Below the pieces are notes generated by a model. The model was given only the letters and a program-made list of their open reading frames with translations. It did not search any database and had not been told where the DNA came from. The translations under genes and the position numbers were made by a program. Positions 25,855 through 39,192 of a stretch of 64,000 nt of DNA are shown piece by piece (within the stretch, counting starts at the first letter, position 1; each line of letters starts with the position of its first letter). This DNA is from Scyliorhinus canicula (lineage: Eukaryota): NCBI RefSeq assembly GCF_902713615.1, contig NC_052158.1:32095990-32159989 (forward strand), written 5' to 3'.

Positions 25855-26900
25855 AGATCTCCTCTAAGCCTTGCCCCTTGCACCTTTACCCTATGCCCCT
25901 TGGTAATTGACCCCTCTACCCTGGGAAAAAGTTTCTGACTATCCACTCTGTCTATGCCCTTCATAATTTTGTAGACCTCTATCCGGTCGCCCCTCAACCT
26001 CCTTTGTTCCAGTGAGAACAAACCAAGTTTATTCAACCTCTCCTCATAGCTAATGCCCTCCATAACAGGCAACATCCTGGAAAATCTCTTCTGCACCCTC
26101 TCCAACCCCTCCACATCCTTCTGGTAATGTGGCGACCAGAATTGAACACAATACTCCAAGTGTAGCCTAACTGAGGTTCTATACAGCTGCAACATGACTT
26201 GCCAATTTTTATACTCAATGCCCCGGCCAATGAAAGCAAGCATGCCTTATGGCTTCTTGACTACCTTCTCCACCTGTGTTGCCCCTTTCAGTGACCTGTG
26301 GACCTGTACACCAAGGTCTCTCTGACTGTCAATACTCTTAAGGGTTCTACCATTCACTGTATATTCCCTACCTGTATTAGATCTTCCAAAATGCATTACC
26401 TCACATTTGTCCGGATTAAACTCCATCTGCCATCTCTCTGCCCAAGTCTCCAAATGATCTAAATCCTGCTGCATCCTCTGACAGTCCTCATCGCTATCCG
26501 CAATTCCACTAACCTTTGTGTCATCCGCAAACTTACTAATCTGACCAGTTGCATTTTCCTCCAAATTATTTATACATACTACGAACAGCAAACATCCCAG
26601 CACTGAACCCTGCGGAACACCACTAGTCACAGCCCTCAAATCAGAAAAGCACCCTTCCATTGCTACTCTCTGCCTTCTATGACCTAGCCAGTTCTGTATT
26701 CATCTTGCCAGCTTACCTCTGATCCCGTGTGACTTCCCCTTTTGTACCAGTCTGTCATGAGGGACCTTGTCAAAGGCCTTACTAAAGTCCATATAGACAA
26801 CATCCACTGCCCGCCCTGCATCAATCATCTTTGTGACCTCCTCAAAAAACTCTCTCAAGTTAGTGAGACACAACCTCCCCTTCACAAAACTGTCCATGAC
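25855..26900 (-). mobile_element. CR1 ORF2 3' half
   Basis: Minus ORFs with YMDFSKAFDKVPH, GVPQGSVLG, ISKFADDTK, LEYCVQFWSPH. Confidence 0.85.
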
Positions 26901-27109
26901 CAGATGGGGTCATTATCATGTTCAGAAGGTGCCTGATGTTCGAAGTTAGTTGTCTTCCTTTGACAAAACCCATCTGGTCTTCTGCGACCACCTCTGGAAC
27001 ACAATCCACCAGCCATTTATCTAGGATCTTGGCCAGTAATTTGGTGTCTACTTTTAGTAGTGAGATGGGTCTGTGTGACCCGCATTCCGTTGGGTCTTTG
27101 TCTTTCTTT

Positions 27110-27270
27110 TTTATAAATTTAGAGTACCCAATTATTTTTTTTCCAATTAAGGGGTAATTTAGCATGGCCAATCCACCTAGCCTGCACACCTTTGGGTTGT
27201 GGGGGTGAAACCCACACAGACATGAGGAGAATGTGCAAACTCCACACGGACAGTGACCCGGGTCCAAGGC
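27110..27270 (-). mobile_element. Truncated SINE in L1 ORF2
   Basis: Flanked by tttgtctttctt on both sides; removal joins IPKKDK to DPTECGS. Confidence 0.75.
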
Positions 27271-28195
27271 GAGTTTTTGTCTTTCTTAGGTATTAGTGAG
27301 ATTGAGGACTGAGCTAGTGTAGGTGGCAGTGTGCCCCTAGCCAGTGAGTCTGTGAACATCTCCCGCAGGTGCGGGGCCAGTGCTGTCACAAATTTTTTGT
27401 AGAAGACCACCGGGAACCTGTCTGGTCCTGACGCCTTCCCTGCCTGCATGGAGCTAATAATGTCCATGATCTTTCCCATGGTTCTGCTGGTGCTTCCAAG
27501 CCCCGTTTTATGCCCTCCCCACAACTGGCATGTCCAGTCCGTCGAGGAACCATTTCACCCCCGAGTCCCCTATTGGGGGCTCTGAGGTGTACAGCCCTCG
27601 GCAAATGGCCTCAAAGATTTTGTTGACCTTTTCTGGATCTGTTTCCAATGTGCCTCTGTTGTCTCTAATTTGCGCGATCTCTCTAGTGGCTGCCTGCTTT
27701 CTCAGCTGGTGTGCCAGCAGATGGCTGGCTATGTCTCCGTGTTCGTATAGGGTCCCCGGTGCCTGGCCGAGTGGGTGTACTGCTTTCCTGGTGGAGAGCC
27801 GGTCAAAGTCCATTTGTAGCTTTATTCTCTCTGCTAGGAGTTCTACAGTCGGGGCCTCGGAGTATTTACGGTCTGCCTCCAGTATGGAGTCGACCAACTG
27901 CTGCCTTGCCGTCCTTTTCTCCCTACCTTGTCACGCTTTGAAGGTGATAATTTCCCCTCTAATCACGGCCTTTAGTGCCTCCCGGAACATGCAGGGTGAG
28001 ACCTCCCCGTCCTGGTTGTTTTCCGTATACTCCGCTATGGTCTGTGATAGCCTTTCGCTGAAAGTTTTGTCAGCTAGTAGGGCAATGTCCAACCTCCATG
28101 TTGGGCCCTACCTGCCTCCAACCCCACACGCATGTGTAATGTGGAGTGTGGTCGGAGATTACGATTGCAGAGTACTACGCTTTGACCAACCCCGG

Positions 28196-28616
28196 TGTCA
28201 TGATATGCACTCAAGCACATAATGAGATACAGACAGGCAGTGACAGACACCCAGTACGTCCAATCAACACACAGGACAGAACACTACCAATCACCAGGCA
28301 GAACACTAGAAGGTGGTCTCCGACTATAAAACACGAGGCATCAGCACTCCGCCTCTTTCCACTGGTGACAACTGTAGTGACAGTCAGGGTGTATATCTCA
28401 GTTAGCACTTCCTACACGTGACTCAGAGCTAGTCTGGTCTAGTTAGTTACAGTAATATAGTTGAGATTAGTAGAGTGTCAAACCCACAGCGAACTGTGTA
28501 TAATACTTAACATGTTCAATAAAGCGTATTGAACTAACATGCAAGTTTGGAGTCTACTTTCAAGTACAACTGCATCCAGTTGTAGTCCGTGTTACCCCAG
28601 GGTGATTAACACGGCA
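28196..28616 (+). mobile_element. Gypsy solo LTR
   Basis: TG...CA ends, aataaa, similarity to the LTR at 59246-59647; flanks cccgg/cccag (5-bp TSD, one CpG-type mismatch). Confidence 0.8.
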
Positions 28617-31600
28617 CCCAGAAGCACGATTTCCCGACCACAAAGAAGTCAATACTGGTGTATACGTGTGCATTGGGGAGAAGAAGGAGTACTCTTTCTC
28701 CCCAGGGTGGATGAACATTCAAGGGTCCACTGCCCTCATCTGCTCCATAAACCGACCAAGTTCCTTCGCCATGTTTGAGGTCTTCCTTGTTTTGGGGTTT
28801 GACCTGTCTGTCTGTGGGTCCTGTACAAAGGGAAACCCTGGAGCGCAGGGACCCGACCGCATGGGGAAAGCAATGACAGTGGCCATCTTGGACAGCCCCC
28901 TAACAAAGGCAAACCCTGGAGTACAGGGGCGCGTCCACCAGGTAAATATGGAACGAGGCCACGATCTCCTGCGTGAAGCAGTCCCTCAGGTGGTGGCTTG
29001 CCACTTGGGATGAGTTTGGTGGAGAGGGGTGGGTGGGGGTGGTGGGGGGGGGGGGGGGTGGGAGGTGTTTCCTCTTCCACCCCTTCGTCGGCTCGTCGCC
29101 GTGCTGTTGTTCCTTGCGAGGGTCCCTTAACACTTTGCCTGCTGTTGCTGTTCCAGCCCACATTCCACAACAAAATTGTCTGCCTCGGCAGGGGCTGTAA
29201 AGAAATGTTGTTTGCCTTGGTATGTGACCCAGAACTTCGCTGGCTACAGCATACCAAAGCGTATGTCGTTCTTGTACAGGGCTGCTTTTGCCCTGTTGAA
29301 CTCTGCCTGTTTTCTGGCCAGGTCAGCCCCAATGTCCTGGTATATCCTAATACTGTGTCCTTCCAGCTACAGTTCTTGGACTGCCTGGCCCAGAGCAGGA
29401 TTCTTTCCCGGTCATGGTACCGGTGCAGTTTGGTTATTACTGCCCTCGGTTGCTCCCCGGCTTTGGGTTTCGGGCTCAAAGACCGATTTCTGGTGGGTTG
29501 TGGAAATCTTCCCTTCTCACCAGGTTGCCCAGCATCTCGGCCACATATACTGTGGGGTCCCTGCCTCCGATCCCATCCGGTAGGCCCACAATCTGCAGGT
29601 TTTGTCTTCTTGAGCAGTTCTCCTGATCCTCTACTTTACCCTTCAGACTGCCCTGCATCACGACCAACCTCACCACCTCTTTCTCCAGCGCCACGATCCG
29701 GTTGCTCTGTTCAGTTGCGGCCTTTTCCAAGTCCTTGATGGTCTCCACTTGGGCTTCCAGTCTCTTCTCCACTCTGCTCAGGGTGAGCTGTATTTGGGCC
29801 AGGGTCTTGGCCCCCGCGGCCTTCACCGCGGCCTCAATTTCCACTTTTACCTCCGCCTTTATCTCCTGCTGGTGCCCCCTCTGTACCTCGGTGAAAGATG
29901 CCTTCCAGCTCCCTGCCCGATGCGGGAAGGATTTGTTCGGGTCTGCGTTGCTCCTTTTTGCTTCGGTGAAACGTGCGCTCTGCCGCCTCATGCGCTGGTT
30001 GGCTCAGCCGAGTGTGGTCGTTCCTGGCCTCTCTGCTTCGGGCATTTTCTTTCATATTCCCCCTCTCTTTCTTCCTTCCTCTGACTTACTAAGGTTGGGG
30101 AATGAGTTACTGCATCATTTTTGGCCAGTTATCGTTGAACAGTGACTATTTTTCAGGTCCATGGGAGAACCACCTGACATGTGGCTGCTCAGCACATCAT
30201 TGTCAACGGAAGTCTGGATTTGTCTGTTGCCTCGTGTACTGATGCATAGTGAAAAGTATTTTTCTGCGAGCAGCTCAAACAGATCATTTTGTACATGATA
30301 ATAAAATAAAATAAAATAAAAACAGAATACATAATAGGGCAGCAAAGGGTCCACAATGTAAATACATAGATACTGGCATCAGGTGAAGCATACAGGAGTG
30401 TAGCATTAAGCAAGTCAGTCCATAAGAGGGTCATTTAGGAGCCTGGTAACAGCGGGGAAGAAGCTGTTTTTGAGCCTTTTCATGCATATTCACAGACTTC
30501 TGTATCTCCTGCCCAATGGAAGAAGTTGGAAGAGTGAGTGAGCCGGGTGGGAGGAGTCTTTGATTATGCTGCCCGCTTTTCCCAGGCAGTGGGAGGTGTA
30601 GATGGAGTCAATGGATGGGAGGCAGGTTTGTGTGATGGACTGGGCTGTGTTAACGACTGGCTAGATTCTGCTGTCCTGCCACGTGGCTCTTCAACTGGAT
30701 GAGGCATTTCCCTCATCATCTGTTTTTCTGTTTACAACCTCCCCCTGGTCCCCTTCTAACTCTGGAAATAAGGTTTCTGCAACGTGTCACATTTCAGTCA
30801 AATCTTCCCTGATCTTTATCTTTCTTGTTTTAACCATTTATTTTCCTTCAGCCTCTTCAAATAAGTGGGATTGTCCTTTTCCTGCTTTGGAATTCCCTCA
30901 TCCTTGATTAATCCAAAAAGGAATTGATTTCTGGGTCACTCCTCTGATTTTTTAATACATTCCATGGGCAGGATTCGCCGTTGGCGGATGCCAAAATTCC
31001 CAAACGGGATTGGGCGGAGAATAGTTTCCAATGCTAAAATTACAGCGGGAGCCGATTTGACTTCAAATCGCAATTCTCCATCAACTTGACAGCAGTGTCA
31101 ATGCAGTCCGGGACGCACGTACAGTAAATGCCATTGACATGTCATTAGCAGGCCCCACCCGGTATACTCCGGGGCCTCTGCGATGCTCCGCCTCCGATGG
31201 GCCGAGTTCCTGATGGCACGGTTCACCTGCGCTTTTAAAAATCATGAAATCAGCATCGTGGCTACCGAGGAGAGGGAGGGGTTATGGAAAGTGTCGAACA
31301 TTTCCAGAGTTTGCTGACAGTTGTGCCACTGGCTGGGAAGGCTTTTACCAGGGCTGGGGGAGCAGCGGGGAGTGGGCAGGAGGAGGGCTAAGGGGTCGGG
31401 GTGGTTGGACACGGAACACCATTGCCGCAGCCGGAAAGGCAGCTGTGCACGCCGCTGACAGCACTCTGTGAACTTAGGGCCACGGATCATATAGGTGTCC
31501 CCCCCACAGGGTACCCCCCTGGGTGCCCTATGGCCTCAGTCGATCCATCAGCTGTATGGGCGCGCTTGAGCACAACCAGTGCCATCTTGTTGGCTGGGAT

Positions 31601-32982
31601 GAGTGTGTATTACATGTACATTAAATGCCATTGACATATCATTAGCAGATCCGACCTGGTATTTTCTGGGACCTCTGCGATTCTCCCCCTCTGATCGGCC
31701 GAGATCCCGACGGCGTGGTTCACTTGTGCTTGTAAAAATCGTGAAACTGCCGTTGTGGCTGATGAGGGAGAGAGAGAGAGAGAGGACATGGAGAGGAGCA
31801 GCTGTATGCTGCCGGGCTGGACATGGCTGGGCTGGCTGAGGTGGGGGGCGGGGGGTCCTGCCAGGGCCAGGGAAGGGGGCTGATGGAGAACAGGCAGTGG
31901 CTGGGGTGACCTTGCCCCAGGACTGGGGCGATGACCAGCCACGGACTGCCATTACCACGGCCTGCAAAGCAGCCATCTTGATGCGCACCCACTGACCATC
32001 CACCTTGGCCACTGGTTCTGCAGAGTGAAACTGGCTGTATGGGTACCCCCCACCCCAACCCCCACATCTCATCCTCCGTCACACCCATCCCCCAACTCGG
32101 CTGCCACCGCCAGCGACCCACCCAGGGCAAGGTCCAGTGTAGCCCCTACAGGGGCATTGGGTAGGGGCCAAAGAGCATACCACTGGCAAGTTCAGTGCCA
32201 ACCAATGGGACCCCTGGCATCAGGGACAGGCACCAGGGTCAGAGGCCCCCTCGGTCCCAGCCACCGACGAGGCCAGGGGTGCGAGGATGAGGATGCATGT
32301 CGGCCTTTCACCCCCTACAGACAATTGATATTGGAATTCAACCAGCAATGGTGGCCTTCCTGCTGGCTGCCGGGGGGTGGTGAGCGTGGGGGTGGTGTAG
32401 GGTTAGGGTGGTGTAGGGGTGGTGTGGGGGTGAGGTTGGTGTGAGGCTGGTGTGGTTATAGGTGATGTGGAGGTGAGATTGGGGGTGAGGTAATGTTGGG
32501 GATTGGGGTTGACACCCCCGCAACTGGTGTCAGAACCGCGACGTTGCGGGGTCTCATTTCCTCACCCGCGGCCGAGCTCCACCTCAGCGACCTCCCTTTC
32601 CTCTGGGCCACTGCCCATATCCAGGGCCCTCAGCTCAGCCACAGTGAGGGGCCGCAGGTCTGGCGGTCCATCTCCTGTCTTCTCCCGCTCCCGATGATTG
32701 TGCGCAGTCTTCTCCTCGGGGGGGGAGGGGGGGGGGGGGCTGTAAATGGCAGTGTTAGGCAGTCCAATGCATGCTGCCCGGGTTGGTGGGGGGGGGGTGG
32801 TTTGCGGCACTGCTGCCTGGTCTGGACGACATTGACCATGGTGCTGACTGCGTCTGCCACCTGCGCTCTGGCACGGTGAACAGCAGCAGCTGGCAGCCTC
32901 CTTCCTGGGCTGGGGTACATGGCAACCAGAAGCGTACGAGAAAGTTGGGGCTGCTCTCCTCGCTGCCATCTTAGTGGCTGGG

Positions 32983-33297
32983 ATAGAATCATAGAATCAA
33001 CAATGCGGAAGGAGGCCATTTGGCCCATTGAGTCTGCACCGGCTTTTGAAAACATACTCTACCCAAGCCCACACCTCCACCCTATTCCCGTAACCCCACC
33101 TCACCTTTTTTTTCAGACACTAAGGGCAAGTTATCAAGGCCAATCCACCTAACCTACACATCTTTGGACTTGTGGGAGGAAACCGGAGCACCCGGAGGAA
33201 ACCCACACAGACACGGGGAGAACGTGCAGACTGCGCACAGACAGTGACCCAGCGGAGAATCGAACCTGGGACCTTGGAGCTGTGAAGCAACAGTGCC
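32983..33297 (-). mobile_element. SINE with CR1 tail inserted in Harbinger A
   Basis: atagaatcatagaatc tail; V-type core; 5'-truncated head. Confidence 0.75.
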
Positions 33298-34369
33298 GCC
33301 CGGGAAGAGTGGGGAGTGAAGTGTGTATATGCAGCTGCAGCTTGTCAGCCTCCTCAGTGTCAATCGCGAAACCGGCGAATCCCGCACCATTTCTCATGAG
33401 AATCGATTATGCTCCACGTGGTGTCAGTGCTAGCCCCTTAACAGTAGAGGAATTGGTTGAGGTGTGGCGCCAGTTTTGCTGTCGGAAAAGTCTACGAATT
33501 CTGCGTTGGCGTCAACACTTAGGGCTGGATTCTCCATGACATCGTGGCAAAATCGCGAAAAGCGATCGGTCGGAGAATTGGCTCCGACGCCAAAATTGTG
33601 CTTGCCGCCGGTTTCACGCCAAATCAGAATACTCCAACTCGATAAAATTGCGGTGCCGGTGCGCGGCCTGGAATTACAGTTCGCATCTCATTATCTGCCC
33701 TGGCGTCCGATTCTCCGGGGATTCAGCAATTCTGCACACCGGATGGGCCGATTTCCCAACGGAGTGTTTCCAACCACCGTTTAAAAATTGTGAAGCCGGC
33801 GTGCTGGCTGAGACAGCTGCAAGATGAGGTAGGAGTTGTTGTGGGGGGACTGCAGGTCCCTGTATCGGACACCGGCCCTGCTTCCTGCAAGGGGGGGCCC
33901 TGCCAGTGCTGGGGGAGGGGCGTGGAATGAGGGGGGGTTCAGGCCGAGCGGCCGGGAGCCCCTGACATGACAGGGCGATTCCCATGCACCAAGCCCCATT
34001 ACGGTGGCCACCTTGCTGGCCACCCACCCTGGCCTCTGGGTAGATTCATAGAATACGGCGATATGGGTGGGTGCCGCCCCCCTCCACGGCCACCCAACAT
34101 AACCGGTGACACCCACCAGGGACCACCCAGGGCCACACAGACAGCGGCCCCCAATGAGGGCAGTGCCATGAAAGGGTGGCCCTGGCAGCAGCGACGGGCA
34201 CCAAGACCATGGGAACCGATGGGGCCGGGGTGCAGGGGTGGGGGGCAGGCATGGCTGGGGCACGCAGTGACAACCGGAGCCACCATTTAGACCCTGGCAC
34301 CCTAGTTGTGCACAGGTGTATGCGTCATGATAATGTTTTCCCCTCACCCCCTGCAGATAATCATGTTTG

Positions 34370-35330
34370 GTCACCAAGCAGCGATGTTGGCCGCCGTGGC
34401 GATGGCCGCTGCCCTGCACGCAGCCCTGTGGCAGGTCAGAGAGGTGGCGGAGGCTGCAGCAGAGCAGCGGGCTGGAGAGGGGCAGGTGGCAGCCACTCAG
34501 GCTGGAGGGCAGCCCGCCCGACAGGACAAGGAGGAGGAGGAGGAGGTGGTGCCAAGGAGGCGCCAAATGAGGCCACGCGTTTACCACAACTGCATGTCCT
34601 TTGAGGACCTCCCAGATCGGGCCTGCAGGAGGAGGCTGCGAATCAGCAGGGAGACTGTCCGACACATCTGCCACATGATGGCACACATGGCACCGCAGGG
34701 GAATGAGGGAGGACACCCTCTCCCGGTGGTCGTCAAGGTGACGAGGACACCTTGTATGCCCTTGTGGACCGGTACATCCAGTACCCAGTGGACTGCGCCC
34801 ACCAGGATGTCCGGGCAGTGGGCTTTGCCGCCATCGCCGGGGTGCCCTGTGTCCAAGGTGTCATCGATGCATGTCGCCCTACGGCTACCTGTGGATAACA
34901 GGCCGCTGTTCACGAACAGTACGGGGTACTACTCCATGAAAGTTCAGGTGGTCTGTGACCACAGGATGATGGTCCTGTACGTCTGCACCTGATTCCCGAG
35001 CAGTGTGGATGACTTGTTCATTGGCACAATCTGTGATGCCCGGCATGTTCAAGGCCCTCCCCCCCCCCCCCCCCCCCCCACCCCTCTCCCCCGCCCCGGC
35101 CCTCCAGTACGTGTCAAGGGTTATCTGCTGCGCTCTCCACAATATAACCCAGCAGAGGGGCGATGTGCTGGAGGAGGATGAGGAGCAAGGGCAGGCCTCG
35201 TCAGATGAGGCGGATGAGGGGGATGGGGACAATGGGTGGGACATGGGGGCTGGCCAGGCACAGGAGGCTGCACTCCGCTATCGGCAGGGCCAGCAAGCAC
35301 GGGACACATTAGTCGACACACGTTTCACCA
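34370..35330 (+). pseudogene. Harbinger DDE transposase (HARBI1/DDE_Tnp_4-like) pseudogene
   Basis: RPRVY...RRRLRISRETVRHICH, GFAAIAG..VQGVID, GYYSMKVQVVCDH, FPSSVDD, ICCALHNI; internal deletions and frameshifts. Confidence 0.8.
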
Positions 35331-35899
35331 ACTGGGCGGGGTGGGACAGAGGTTGCTTGGCAGGACACCACAATACCGCACGCCTTCACCACCGAACACC
35401 CTCACCTCCCACATTACCAAAACCCTCACCCCTCCACACCACCAACCCACCCACATGCACACCCCCTCCGTTATATATGCCTGCGACACTCCGAGCCAGG
35501 GGCACTGGGTTGGCAGTGACAGCGGGGCTGGTCCAGGTCATGGAGGATGATGACAGCCCACTCTGTGATGAGCTCCGAGCGCCACATCGTTAGACAATGT
35601 CTGACTCATGCCCACAGTAGCACCTTCCACTTGGGTAATCCGTGCCTGCAAGCTGGCCAATCCATCTCATGGCCCTGTCGAATCGCTGGGGAAGGGGTGA
35701 TGGGGATGGGAGCAGGAGGGTGGGCTGCACGGTTCACCCACTGGGCCTCACTCGTCCACCACTCCTCATTCCCACTGGCCATCACTGCCTGCCCCACCCC
35801 CACACCCATCAGACAGAGCACAGAGACAGGTTTCAACGGTGTTAACATGTGGTTAATGTGAAGAGGGATATACAGTCTGTGCCCTAGCCCCTATTATTG

Positions 35900-36300
35900 A
35901 ATTTTGGCCTTTCCCCGTGCCAACTTAACTGGTGTCTGACTTTCTGGCCTTACGGGCCCTAATATTATGCCTGGGTGGTTCCCCAGATGGTACAGCAGGA
36001 GTGGAGGCGGCCTAGTGTGACCCCTGCCCTGTGACGAAGGCCCCTGTTGGTGCAAATTTCCTGGATGGGCCTGGCTGCTCCTCGGAAGTCCCGGGTGGTG
36101 TGGTGCTGCCCTGTTCTGCCCGCTGCCCACCAGATGCACAAGGGACAGGAGGAGGGGAGTCCGAAGTGCTGCTGTGTTCGGGGACCTCCCCTGCGGAGTC
36201 ACCAGCACGGGCCCCAGCACCTCCTCCCTCAGGGTGCCCGATGGCCCCTGGACTTCTCCATTGGATGGGGGTGCGAACGGAGCCAATCCCTGAGGCCCCC

Positions 36301-36336
<36 letters not shown>

Positions 36337-37440
36337 ACACCTGGCACTGCCAGTTCTGGATACCTTCTGTGGTATCGACAAGGGTCTGAAAGTTAGCAGC
36401 CATGGAGCACAGAGAGTGGGCCACCTCCCCCTGGGGCTGGGCCACCTCCCTCTGGACCTGGACCATCTGCATCTGGGACTGGGCCACCTCCCTCAGTGTC
36501 TTTGTGACACCGGCCAGCACCTGGGCAATGACGCCGATTCTCTCAGCCATTACCTGCTGTGACTCAGCCAGACTGAGGAGCACTGCTTTAATCTCCAGCT
36601 GGCTCTGGCACATGGTTGCCTGTGAGTGAGCAGCCCTGTCCTGGGCCACGGCCTCTGCCTGCATGAAATGCCCCGGCCTTGCACACTCTGATCCATGTCC
36701 GACACTGTCGCCCCCATTGCCCCCACCGCGGACGGCACCCATGCGGTTTCGGCCTGGGTGGCACGAATGACCGGCACCACTCCCTGCTCGTGGGGACCCA
36801 CAACCAGGCAGGGGGATCTCACTTCGTGGCGCGCAGCCGACCTCCGCGTCGGCGACATCCCTTTCCTCCAGACAGCCAACAGTGTCTTGTGCCCTCTGCT
36901 TGGGCACAGTGAGGGGACACAGGTCTGGTGATCCCCCTCCGGTCTTCTCCCATTCCCGGTGGTTATCCGTGGCCTTGTCGTGGGGGGGTGCGGCAAACAC
37001 AAACAGCAACAGTACCAGATAGTTCGGCGCATACAGCCCAGGGGTTGGATATTTGATGGCATCAGTTGCCAAGGCACACGGCCATTGTGGCTGGCATGGG
37101 TGCTGTCATTTGGGGCATGGTGGGGGTCCGCCGTCCCCTGGGGGGGGGAACTGGGTCACATGTGTGTGGGGGTGCTTGGTGCCAGGGCACAGCGCTGGGT
37201 ACTCACCCTAGCTGCCCTGAGGAGGTCGTGCAGTTTTTTCCTGCACTGGTCTGCAGCCCTGGCCAACACCCCGATGGCGCTGATGGCGCCTGCCACCTCC
37301 GCCAAGGCACGGAAAGCGATGGCGCCTGATGACCTCCGTCCTGGCCCATGGCACAATACCAGCCTCCTCTCCTCCATGGAGTCCAGAAGGGTCCCATGTT
37401 CGGCGTCCCGGAATCATGGTGCGGCCTTCCTTGTGGCCAT
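35900..37440 (-). pseudogene. Harbinger Myb/SANT-like (trihelix) DNA-binding protein pseudogene
   Basis: MATRKAAP*FRDAEHGTLLDSMEERRLVL...AEVAGAISA...DQCRKKLHDLLRAAR; downstream coiled-coil segment in ORF 35894-37072. Confidence 0.7.
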
Positions 37441-37532
37441 GTTGCCTGTAACGCTTGTGTGTGGGGAGAGAATGCATTAAGTCAATCACAGAACCAGCGA
37501 ATCGACCGCCGTTCTATTAACAGAGTCAGGTG

Positions 37533-38367
37533 TGTGGCCATCTAAAATGGCCTCCCACAAAGAGTGATGGGAAATGTGTTCAGGTTGAGACACAGAAAAA
37601 ATGCACTTTGTATATTTGCAAACGACAGCCCAGACATATGCAGAAACTTACCTACAAATGGCCTATTAAAGGCGATTAAAGGAACAATGGGACGAGTTTG
37701 TCCATCGCATCATCTTCCAGATGAAAAGGCACCAAGCCCAGGCTCGGAGCACTCCCCAGATTGGCAACTGAGTGTCCGCCCCAAAAGTGATGTGGCAGCC
37801 CCTGATTGGATGTGACCGATCAGAGGGTGGAGCCCTGAGGAATTGATTGACAGTGACCCAGAACACGCCCACTGGGCGGAGAAAACTCAAGCCAGTTAAA
37901 CGGCAGTGCAGCCATTGATTCTTTCTCACATAAGGCAAGTTCAAGGACCTACGACATCTGCTGAAGGACGACCATCAAGCACGGACAACTTACTCGAGTT
38001 CCAGCCACCATACGTGAGGAAACTGATAAGGCCATATCTCCCCTGCACCTGCCGGTCATCTGGAAGTTAAGTTGAGGTTGTTAAGTGTGATATTTATAGT
38101 TTAGTAAGAAATCTTACAACACTGCGCAGTGCTCCGAAAGCTCGTGTTTGAAACAAACCTGTTGGACTTTAACCTGGTGTTGTAAGACTTCTTACTGTGC
38201 TCACCACAGTCCAACGCCGGCATCTCCACATCATTTGTAGTTTAGTGTGCATGAACGCAAGTTTACTTAAGTATATAACCTTGTGTCGAATAAATAAACT
38301 GTAATTGAACTGCAATACTTGTGTGAATATTGGGTCATGCAAACACTGTGGTTATAAAAGAGCAACA
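37533..38367 (+). mobile_element. Solo LTR inserted in Harbinger B, itself carrying a Penelope-like fragment (~38103-38232)
   Basis: TG...CA ends with 4-bp TSD GGTG (37529-37532 and 38368-38371); aataaa near 3' end. Confidence 0.8.
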
Positions 38368-38481
38368 GGTGTTTCATGTTCCGCCTGTGCTAGCCCCTTG
38401 GGTGCAGTCGAATCACTCCACCTGTGGACCCGATGACGCCGTTGTGAAACTCCCTCGTTTTCACGACGGTGTCAACACTTA

Positions 38482-39192
38482 GGGTGCGATTCTCCGCTCC
38501 CCACGCGGCCTGGGAGAATAGCGGGAGGGCCTCCCGTCATTTTCCATGCCCCCCGGCACCTCCTGCTATTCTCCCCCCCCCTCCCCCCCCCCCCCGCTCG
38601 CCGAATCGCCGCTCGCCATTTTTCACGGCGAACGGCGATTCTCCGAGGCCGATGGGCCGAGTGGCCTGCCGTTTCCAACCTTTTCACGACGGCGGCAACC
38701 ACACCTGGTCGCCACAGTCGTGAAACGGGCGCCAGAAGCCCGTTTGGGGCTTCTAGGCGCCCGATTGGGACGGGAGCACCACGGCCATGCTCGGGAGGGG
38801 ACAGGCCCGCGATCGGTGCCCACCGATCGTCAGGCCGGCGTCCAAAACGGACGCACTATTTCCCCTCCGCCGCCCCGCAAGATCAAGCCGCCACGTTTTG
38901 CGGGGCGGCTGAGGGGAAAGACGCCAACCGCGCATGCGCGGGTTGGCGCTGTCCAACCTGCACATGCGCGGCTGACGTCATTAAGCACGTCAGCCGTGCA
39001 TCATTCTTGGTGTGCGGCCTTGACGGCAGTTTTCAAGGCCGCCCCGCCGAGACCCCCGGGGCACCGATACTAGCCCCGTCGGAGGGGGGGGGAGAGAATT
39101 GGGTCCCGGGAGGGGGCACGAAGGCTGCCGTGAGTGACAGCCTCTTTCACGGCAGGCTTCCCGGTTCTCCGTCGTTGCGGAGAATCGCGCCC
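38482..39192. mobile_element. PIF/Harbinger MITE C nested in the end of element B
   Basis: 16-bp TIRs GGGTGCGATTCTCCGC and GCGGAGAATCGCGCCC (15/16); TSD TTA at 38479-38481 and 39193-39195. Confidence 0.9.

Larger units (their letters stand above)
26905..30130 (-). mobile_element. L1/Tx1-type LINE: ORF1 plus partial ORF2, interrupted by a SINE and a solo LTR
   Basis: ORF1 coiled coil then SRRQNLQIVGLPDG and PRAVITKLHRY; ORF2 LYEHGDIASHLLAHQLRKQ, GPDRFPVVFYKKF, ISLIPKKDK|DPTECGSHRPISLL, DQMGFVKGR. Confidence 0.85.

Noticed and set aside
28666-30145. Several plus-strand ORFs of 110-250 aa
   Set aside because: Antisense shadows of the GC-rich L1 ORF1
36302-36335. Long C/G homopolymers (also ~2017-2037 and ~35058-35078) giving poly-Gly or poly-Pro ORF stretches
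   Set aside because: Homopolymer lengths are unreliable in assemblies and sit inside TEs; no function inferred
35894-37072. 392-aa minus-strand ORF as a host gene
   Set aside because: Lies inside Harbinger B and corresponds to the decayed Myb/SANT gene, read partly through intron-like and poly-C sequence
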